Shown: positions 7,946 to 17,700 of the stretch, piece after piece | How the letters are laid out: the number at the start of each line of letters is the position of its first letter | Position numbering within the stretch: position 1 is the stretch's first letter | Assembly (NCBI GenBank): GCA_964497475.1 | Contig: CAZCDM010000001.1 | Coordinates: 1 to 61,485, forward strand | DNA: 61,485 nt | Direction of reading: 5' to 3' | Origin: an uncultured Planctomycetaceae bacterium | GTDB lineage: Bacteria; Planctomycetota; Phycisphaerae; SM23-33 | Position numbers and translations under genes: made by a program | The notes under the pieces: model-generated | Databases searched by the model: none | Told to the model about the DNA's origin: nothing | The model's input: the letters and a program-made list of their open reading frames with translations, nothing else

Positions 7946-8491
7946 TGTTCTATGTGAATCGCACATGGGGTTCTCAGAGTGGTGAACAGGGGGAGGTAGT
8001 TCATCATATCCGAGGATCAGATCAGAATCAGCTTCTGGAATCTTGCGAATTTTTTCTGCGTTAGCGCATTCTTTATCTGGCTGTCCGATTAATGCAGCAG
8101 CGGGAAAAAACGGGGAATCGCCCTTCTGGGAAGGGACAAAATGAAATGTCCCTGTGCATTAAATTTGAGTTTTGTAAGAGATGCGTTCAGGTCGCGCAAA
8201 GGCGAAATGCTAACGGGTCTTAACTTGAAAGCGGCTGGTATTCACTCCAGAATGTGCGCGTAGAGTACGTCTCTGGGCTTGTCATTCGGAGCCGAGCCAC
8301 CGTCAGTGACGCATTCGTAATGAAATGGAATTCGGAATAGAGCGCAGTATGCCGCTGAACTCTCCAATAAATCTTGGTCTCGTGTTTATCGCCTTTTTCG
8401 GGGCACCTTTCAGGTATGCCCTTTCCTTATTGCGCAGATCGAACGGACTGGACAGGTCTTCATCTGCGTTCATTCCACGAGGAGTGAAATC
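7946..8491 (+). promoter_or_regulatory. AT-richer 546-bp spacer; probable promoter/5' UTR of the giant gene, with Shine-Dalgarno GGAG at 8481-8484
   Basis: This is the only long non-coding gap between + strand genes. GGAG at 8481-8484 lies 7 nt before ATG 8492. There is an inverted repeat AGGGACA (8132-8138) / TGTCCCT (8147-8153). No promoter consensus can be assigned confidently for this lineage. Confidence 0.4.
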
Positions 8492-8728
8492 ATGTCTTTG
8501 ACCTCGAAAGCGTACCAACGTCTTTGCCACATGTATCGCGTTGTTCTGATGAAGATGCGTGTGAAGAACTTCATGCAGTTTGCGTATCACTCGCCATTGG
8601 CGGGCAAACGCAAGGGCAGGGGCGGTCTGCGCCGACGGCGAGGTGGCGAGGACGGGGCCACTGCGCGCGGAGGGGGTGTTGCGCCATCCAAGCGTATCGA
8701 GATGCTCGAGCCGCGCGTCATGCTTTCC
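8492..8728 (+). other. N-terminal leader: Arg/Gly-rich stretch followed by the LEPRVMLS motif (8705-8728)
   Basis: Translation: MSLTSKAYQRLCHMYRVVLMKMRVKNFMQFAYHSPLAGKRKGRGGLRRRRGGEDGATARGGGVAPSKRIEMLEPRVMLSGTPL. There is no classical hydrophobic signal peptide. LE(P/D)RxLLS after a basic stretch is a motif I recognise from the N-termini of large Planctomycetota (and some Verrucomicrobiota) extracellular proteins. Confidence 0.6.
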
Positions 8729-11700
8729 GGTACCCCGCTGGGTGATCCGGACGATGAGGAAGGTTTTTCCCAGCAGGCCCATCAGCAGATTGACGAGGGG
8801 CTTGGCAAGCTGGCTGCTCTGGGCGAGATGATTGACACTTCGACGGACTTCGCCCAGGACATCATGGTGTTTCAGGGGGCAGAGGGCCTTGGCGAGCTGT
8901 TCGATCTTGGCGATGTGGTGGCCGAGCAGTTGCGTGCTCCGCTGGCGAGTTTCAATTCGATTTCCGATATTGACGGCGATGGGCTGGACGTGGGCGATTA
9001 CATCTCGGCCCTGGAGGCCTTGGCAACGCCGGCCGACTACAGCGATGATACCGGGCCGCTTGGCTTTGCGGTGGATGTTCTGGCTGGCGGATACTACGCC
9101 GACAGCGACCAGCTCGATTTTGAAATATCGATCAATGCCGAACGGCTTAGTGAGATTACTCTGGCCATGGGCGATGAACTATCGGCCTTTGGCATTACGG
9201 CCGGCGCGGGCGAGGCGTTCGAGTTGGCCACTCAGTTGGAGTTCAATTTCGCCTTCGGCCTGATGAATGTCAATTCCACCCCGAGCTTCTACATCCGTCA
9301 GATGGGGTTGGCCTTTTCGATGGATGCCACCTCGCCGGAGATTTCCCAGCAGGTTCAGATCGCGCACCCCTCCGGTGGCGTGGCCCTGGCGACGACAGCC
9401 ACGGGACAGGTCAGCCTGCTCGATGCGGGGGCGACGGTCGCCTTTGCCGATTCGCTCCTGGCCGATGGCATGGTGGACTCGGCGGAGCTGGACTCCATGG
9501 GGGCCAGCGACCTGCTGATTGAGATGACCGGTTCCCTGGAGGCTTCGCTGGACGTATCGGCCACCGTGCCGGGCTTCAGCGACCTGGGTGGCGGGACGCT
9601 TCGTCTCCGTAGCGATTCGCTCTTTGGCGGCGAGGCATCGGAGGTGAATTTCGACGTGGCCGTCAGTGACGAACTGGCCGGCCATCTTGTCGACGTGTTC
9701 TCGCAGATTCACGGCCTGGGCACGACGCTGGCCGGTGATGCAGACCTGACGGCTGCGATTCCAGGCGTGGGGATCAGCCTCAATGAGTTGCTTGGCGAAG
9801 GTGGTATTGATGGGCTGCTGGGGCGGGTCTCTGACGCGGCAGGACAGTACCTGGCAGGGGCTGAGGACATCAGCATCTCCGAGTTGGTGGAGTATATCGA
9901 GGATCAGTTCAATGCCGCCGAGTTTGACGTTGACCTTGGCGGGCTGGACGTTCAGGGCGGCTACGATAACAGTCAGCAGACGTTGTTCATTGACCTGTCG
10001 ATGGCGCCGCAGTACACCGAGGCGTTCCAGTTGGACTTCGCCTCGATTGCCGACTCGATCGCCGCTTCGCTGCGGACCGATGCCACCGTCGATGTGACCG
10101 TCACCGGCGCGATGGACCTGCGGATCAATGTGGACCTCAGTGATCCCTACGTCACGGCCGAGGATGTGTGGTTCGCTGCAGGCCAGGGCAATGATATTCT
10201 GGACCTCTCGGCGGTGATCGAGAGTTACGATCTGCTGTTTGACGCGAGTTTTGCGGGCCTGGGAGTGACGGCTGGCACGGCGGCCAATCCGGCTTCGATG
10301 GTGGCGACGATGTCCTTGGCGGCGGGGCTGATCGACAATGATGAAGATGATCGCGTGAGCCTGGCCGAGCTGCTTTCGGGCGGTTCGGGCATTGCAGCCA
10401 GTCCGTCCGGAAGTGTCGATGTGACCCTGCCGTTTGGCGTTACGCTTGGCGGGTATGATTTCACCGACGGCGGAACGGTCCTGCCGGTGATTGAAATTTC
10501 CGACTCGGCTCTGTTTGACGGCACGGCTGCGACGATTACGACCAGCAACCTCGATGCGATGGTACTGGCGATCGTCGACGACCTGGCCAGCCCGGCCACG
10601 ACGGCCCTGCAGCAGTTGGATACGCTGGCCGGTCGGCTGGAGTCGATGCTTTCTCAGGCAGGTCTGAGCGACGCGCTGACGGCGGTGATTCCGGGCGTGG
10701 GGCTCTCGCTCAACGACCTCTTCGGCCAGGGCGAAACCGGCCTGAGCGACTTCCTGGATATCGGCCAGCATATTCGCGATTACCTGGCTGGATTCGACGC
10801 GGGAAGTTGGCAGATCGGCGATGCGCTGCCGACTCTGCCGGAACTGGTCGAGTACCTCAACCTCAACTGGATGACCACGCTGCCGGGCGAGGGCCATAGC
10901 CTGTCCTGGGAGCTTACGGCAACGGGGTTGGCGGTGAATTTCGTGTCGCAGTCGAATTTCAGCCGACAGGTGGCGTTTGATCTTGGCGCCGAGGCCGAGG
11001 CGCTGGGCCTGACGGCCGAGGGAGAACTGGGTTTCGATTTCCAGACCGATATTGACTTGGGCTTGGCGATTGACTGGTCGACCGGTGCGGTGACGGTCGA
11101 CGTCAATACCTTCGACTTTGACGCATCGGCCGACATGGCGAACTTCCTGGCTGGCGGCCGGGTTGGCCCGCTGGCGATTTCTCTGGGGCGCGACGGCCAG
11201 TACGGCTCGGCGCGGATTGACATTGCAGGGGCGGTTACCTGGGATGACACCAACGAGACCCTCGCGGTGGTGATGGACACGGCCAGCGAGGCCAATCGGG
11301 TTGACGTAACGCTGCCGGTTTTCGCTACGCTGAGCGGCACGTCGCTGGCCGATGAGGCCAATCCGCCGGCGATCACGCTGGCCGGCGAGCTGTTTCCGGC
11401 CGTGCCCGAAGACGGCGTGAGCCTAGACGTGAGCGGGCTTGGCGACTTGCTGGACTTCGGCGAGTTGAGCTTCAGCGATGTGGCTCGGGCCCTGAATGAG
11501 GGCGTGGATTTTCTTCAGAACGCCATCGAGCGGATGCCGTTCTACCGCGAGGTTCTTCCGCTGATCAACCAGAGCCCGGCCGAGATTTTCACATTCATTG
11601 ATTCGCTGCAGGACGCGGTAGACGATGCCCTGGCCGATCCGCAGGCCACGTTGCAGTCGATCGAGTCGGCCATTGAGTCGGCCCTGGGGATCGTGGATGA

Positions 11701-14700
11701 CAACACCGCCGCGGCCGGGGAGCAGTTCTTCAAGCTTTCGCTGGATAGCGATATTTTGCAGATACACTTCGGCCTCGACGAGACGATTCAGCAGAGTGTG
11801 CCTCTGCTGCTGGACGTGTCAGCCTTTAAGGAGATGGTCGGCGGGGTCAGCGAACTGCTGGGCATTGACCAGTTGGCTGCATCGGCCGGTGGGCAGATCG
11901 CCATCGACGCCTTCCTGGACGGCGATATCGAGTTGGGCGTGGACCTCGGTGATGTTGCATCGGGCGCGCCGGCGGTTTTCCTGTACGACCAGAACAACAC
12001 CGCCAGCCTTGGCGGGGCGGGGACCCATCTCACGGCCGGGTTCAAGGTTCTCGGCAGCGGTTCGGGCCAGGCCGAAGCCCTTACCTTTACCGCCGGCGGA
12101 TTGACCGTCGAGGCCGTTGACTGGGCGGTGACCCTGGACGCCGACAGCGATGCGGGCACGAATCCCGAGTTGCTCACTGCCGGCGATCGCAGCGATTACG
12201 TGACACTCTCACTGGGCCTGGCCGAGCCGGCCGGCGGCAGTGCTGACGGACGATTCTACGTCGGGGAGACGCTCAGCGACGCGGTGGACTTCACGGTTAC
12301 CGGCGGCATGGAGGTGGTTCTGCCGCTGCGTGTCACTGCTGGCGGGCTGGAGCTGGACTTCACGCAGACGCCGCTTAGGATTTCGGGCAATACCACGGAC
12401 TATCCCGACGGCGGAGTACTGACGGAAATCGTCAACCGCCTGACGGGGCAGTCTAGCGGCGGGGCTCTGCCGATCACCTTCGATCATCCTGACATGGCGG
12501 CGGTGATGGGGCAGGTTTCGGGGCAGCTTATGGCCGATGCCCTCGATGCCCTGGCCGTCCGGCTGGAAGGACTCAAGCAGCAGCTGATGGACAACGTCCG
12601 CGACACGCTCTCGGCGACGATTCCCGGCACACATTACAGTATTAACGACCTGCTGGACCTCGAGCGCGACGAGGCGTCGATTCCTGAAGAGATCACGGCC
12701 GACACGTCGCGGGGCATGGAGCTCTACCTCACAGCGGGCGATCATCTGGCGACGTATCTGCAGACCCTCAGCCTCGACGGGCCCGTCAACGCGATGACCA
12801 TCGCGGCCGGCGCGATGGACTACCTCAACACCCACTGGATTCCGACACTGCCGGGCTACGATGCCGAAAGCGGCACGAGCCCGCTGAGCCTGACGATGCA
12901 GAGCGATCTGACCAGCGGTGAGATCGTCGGGTTTACGGTGGCCTTCGACGGAACGACGAGTTTCACCCGCAGCGTGGACATGAACCTCGGGGACGAGGCC
13001 GACGATCTGCATATGAAGTTCTCCGCCGATGCCCAACTCGATCTGACGATCGATGCCAACGCGGCCTTCAGTTTCGGCGTGGACCTCACCGGCGGGGTGC
13101 CGGATTTCAATTTTGACGTCTCGAACCTCAGCGTGGCCGTCAGTGGCGGTGCCAGCGATATCGTCGCCGGTGTGGAGGTCGGGCCGGTTTCGGCGACGAT
13201 CGGTACGGACGCTGTCGGCGGAAGCAAGGGCCAGGCCACCCTCACCAATGTCGGCGTGGCCCTGACGATTCCCGCCGGAAGCGATTTGACCTTCGACGCG
13301 ACCGGGCAGGTGGATATCGTCCTGCCGTTCTACGCCCAGCTGGGGGATTACGACTTCAACGCCAATGACATCGTCCCGACCTTGAGCTACCAGGGGTATC
13401 TCTTCCCCGAGGCCGGCCAGGATGCCGCCGCCTTCAGCCACAGTAACTTCGAGGAGTTCTTCAATCTCAGCCGCTTCAGTGTTGACGACATTCTGGCGAT
13501 GCTCGAAGAGGTTCGCGACTGGTCGGCGACGCTGGGCGAGAACGACTGGTTCGCCGCGAACATTCCCTTCGTCGATATCACCCTGGGCGATACGCTGGAC
13601 TTCGCCGAGGGGTTCAATGAGGAAATCCTCAGCCGGATCGATTTTACCGCCATTGAGTCGCTGCAGGATTTTATTGTTGAATTTGCCAATGCCGGCCTGC
13701 TGCCCCAGGGCGTGAGCCTGGAATACGACCCGGCCGAAAACGCATTCATCGTGCCGGTGGCGTTCGACGTGAACCTGCTGGACCTGGAAGGTTTGGCCCT
13801 GGATTTCGGGATGGACCTTGGCGATGAACTGCTGGCCCTGGAGACCAGCTCGACGGCCGACGTGGGAGCGTCGGTGAATACCTCCTTCGATCTGATTATC
13901 GACCTGGACGATGACACGTCGGGCAGTGTCCTGCCGACGTGGTATCTGGATGATTTTACCCTGGGCGGCACGGCCGGGTTCAATGTCGACAACCTGGAAG
14001 TCGCGGCCCGGCTGGGATTCCTGGGCGTGACGCTTGGTGGCGATGCCGCCTCGGGTATCGATTTCGATGCAACGGCGACGGTGACTCTCGGCGATGAGAC
14101 CAACTCGCGATTCGCCCTGGCGGAGTTGCTCAACGGCACGCTGCTGGACAACCTGCACTTTGACGTTACAGGCAGTGGCATTGCTTCGCTGCATGGCCTG
14201 GCCGTCGGGGGCGATTACGGCTCGGTGCTCGCGGCGCCGGATGCAACCCTGGGCATTCATGTTCAGGACATTACCGATATCGGTTCGACGGTGACGCTGA
14301 ATCCGGCGTCCGGCGAGACGGTGGACCTTGCCGCGATGGTCGCCTCCGGCGAACTCAATGCCAATGATCTGGTGGTCATCGTTCCCGAGCTTGGCGATGT
14401 CTTCAACGTGCGGAACCTGGATTTTGGCGCAATCATCGGTGCGCTCAACGAGGGGCTGGAGGTACTCGAACAGTCCCTGGCCGATACGGCCTTTTACAAC
14501 GAGACGATTCCAGTCATCAATCGTTCCCTGAGCGACGTGTTTGATTTTGCGACAACGTTCGCCGATCGCGTGGCCGATGCGGCGGCCAACCCCGTCGCCA
14601 CGCTGCAGCAAGTCGAATCAGCTCTCGAATCGGCATTGGGAATCGAGGATGACAACACCCTCGCAGCCGAGAATCAGGCCCTGGCCCTGACGTTGGCCGA

Positions 14701-17700
14701 TACCGTCCTCACGTTGCATGTGCAGTGGGATGCCGTCTTCAGCGACATGCTCGCGTTCAATCTCAACCTCGCCGAGCTCAAAGCCTTGGCCGGCAGCGAT
14801 GCGGGCGTCGGGCTGGAGGGCATTGATACCCTGGCCGACACCCTCAACCTCACCGCTGGCGGGAACCTGCTGATGGAAGCCTTCGCCGAGGCGGTCATGG
14901 ATGTCGGCATCGACTTTGCCCCGGTGGTCGACTCGGCCTCGCTGCCGGAGATCATCGTCTACGGCTATGACGAAGCCAGTGACACCGGCACGCACGTCGA
15001 GGTTGGCACGCGTGTCACCGGGCAGGACCTCGAGCTGGGATTCTCCGTCGGCCCGATGGATCTGGGCGTCATCGGCGGATCGGTTCTGCTGGATGGCGAT
15101 GGGCAGTTCTCCACGACCGACGATTTTGCGACCTTCCAGGCCTCGCTGAACCAGGACTACACGGTCGGCGACGCGTTCAGCCTGAGCCTCATCGACTGGG
15201 ATCTCACCGGCGCCTTCGCCGTGGACCTGCCGATCGAACTGGGCATTGCTGACGTACCCCTGGAACTCGGCTCCCTGACGATCACCACCAACGAAGCCTA
15301 CGGCGACGGGGGGCTCGAAGAACTCTTCAAGAGTCTCGCTGGTGATGCGACCGCCCAGGGCCAGCCTATTTCCATTACCGCACCGAATATCGTGGGCATG
15401 TTCCAGCAGTTCGGTGGCGAATTCAGCCTGCTTGCGATTCTCAACGACCCGTCCTATATCCTTGACGGAGTGGATATGGGCCTTGGCGTCGTGCAGGATA
15501 TCCTTGGCGATAATGCGGCGATATCCCTGCCGCTGATCGGCGATAAGCTCGATAACGTCGCGACCTTCATACGCGACATGCGGCAGGGGTTCCTGGGCGA
15601 TCTTCGCCAGCGCCTCAACGATCAGCAGCCCGTCGAGATGCTCCAGGAGTCGATGTGGACCATTTTCGGGCCTTCGGCGCTGAATATCCTCCAGGACACC
15701 GATGGCGACGGCACGATTACGATCGACGATATTCAGGTCGGCTGGTATGACATCGACGGTAACCTTCTGGAACTCTGGCAGCCGGGTACAACCGTGCCCG
15801 TCGAGGCCGACGCTCTGGAACTCAACGTTTCGCTGGGCGGTACGGCCCTGAGCACGGGGATCGATATCCCGCTGGATTTCGATATTCCGGGCCTGAGCAT
15901 GGAAATCAATGGCGGGGTCGGCCTGGAACTGAACTGGAGTTATGACTTCGGGCTGGGGCTCAGCGCGACGGACGGGTTCTACCTTGTGACCAACGCCGAT
16001 GAAGAAGACGAAGAAATTGAAGTGACCATCGAGGCGTTCCTCGATGGTACGCCGCTGAACCCTGCCAGCCGGACCTACTTTACGGCCAGCGGACAGTTGC
16101 TGTTTTTCGATGCACTGGTGTCCGACAACACTACCGGCTCGGAGTTGACGGGCACGTTGAGCATCGACCTGGATGGTGGAGTCGACGGGCGACTGACGTT
16201 GGATGAGCTTCTGGCTGGTGATCCGGATGATATCTTCGATGCGGACCTGGCGGTCGATGCCAATGTCAATCTCGGCGTGACCCTGCAGATGGCTGGTTTC
16301 CAGGGCCTGCCAACCCTCGGCGGCGATTTCGTGCTGGACTGGCATTGGGATCTCGAGAACGGTTCGAGCACGCCGAACATTTCGCTGATGAATCTCAGCA
16401 TCGACGTCGGCACGCTGGTAGCCGACTTCCTCCATCCGATTGTCGAGCGAGTCAACAGCGCTCTCGAACCGGTCGCACCGATCATCGAAGCGCTGACAGC
16501 CCCGCTGCCCGGGCTGGATCGATTCTTTGACGAGCCGAATATGCTCGGCATGATCAATATCATCCAGGAGCTGCGAGGCAAAGATCCGATCGACTGGAGC
16601 TTTGTCTACGCTGCTCGTGACATCCTCGGTACGGACACGCAGCCGGGCCTGCTCGACCAGGTCGAAGACATGCTCGACATGGGGGGGGAGATCGTTCTGG
16701 GGCACATCTATGGCTTGGGAACCGACGACGTCAGCTGGTCGTCAACACTGAGCACGGGCGATAGTGACTACGCGGCCTTGGAAATCAAGGAAAGCGGCTT
16801 CAAGCAACTCGGTGCCGGTGGCAGCGCTACGGCCACCCAACGGGCCGGGTTTGAATTCCTGCCCTACATCACGGATATCGGCAACTGGGCTCAGTTGCTG
16901 ACTGGCGGGGATGCGACGCTCTTCACCTACCAGATGCCGCTGCTGACGGCCGACTTTGATTTCCGCGTATTGCTGGGCAAGATTCCCCTGCTGCCCACGC
17001 CGGTGAGCATTAACATCTACGCCAAGGGTGGGGTCGACTTCACTGCCGACCTGACGTTCGGATACGACACGTACGGCATTCGCAAGGCCATCGAGCAGAA
17101 GAATCCGTGGATGGCTTTCGATGGGTTCTATATCAGCGACAATATCGTCGGCAATATCGATAATCCCGAATTCGAGTTCGACGCAAACATCGGGCTGGAG
17201 GTCTCTCTCGATGCCCTCATCGCCGAGGTCGGCTTCAGTGGCGAGGTGGTTCTGGAGACCGATATCGACCTCAACGACGTGGTGCATGACAACAAGATTC
17301 GCGGCAGCGAAATGGTCACGATGTGGACCTACGAGCCGCCCGACGCCGACGAAACGGGTACGGGGACAGGCGATGGCGAGGAGACGCCGGCCTTTGATCT
17401 CTCGACCATCGGCGGGCCCTTGAACCTCGTCAATATCGACGCCCGGCTGGGTGCGGTCATCGGTTTCTTTGTCGAGGCGGGCATCGGACCGTTCTCCAAG
17501 CGGTGGGATATCGAGATTGCCGACTTTACGCTGATGGAATTCCAGGCCCGAGGTCCGCAGGTCGAGCCTCACCTGGCTCATCGCAGCGGCAGCACGCTCT
17601 ACCTGCACACCGGCAGCCGGACCGCTGAGCGGAAATACTTCCTGGCAGAGGATGAAAACGGCGTGGTCGACCTGGCCGATAACTATCGGCTTAGTGGCGC

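Noticed and set aside
1-8491. Canonical T1SS partners (ABC transporter with C39 or Walker A/ABC signature, TolC-like outer-membrane factor), or a two-partner/autotransporter signature at the giant protein's N-terminus
   Set aside because: I looked for them because of the HlyD genes and the RTX repeats. No such ORF exists upstream. The N-terminus lacks a TPS (NPNL/NPNGI) domain and any classical signal peptide. They may still lie downstream of the window.
8303-8782. Minus-strand ORF of 159 aa covering the spacer and the first 290 nt of the giant ORF
   Set aside because: It would run divergently over the RBS, start and LEPR-leader of the giant gene, and it has no motif or RBS. I cannot fully exclude a small antisense or divergent gene, but nothing supports one.
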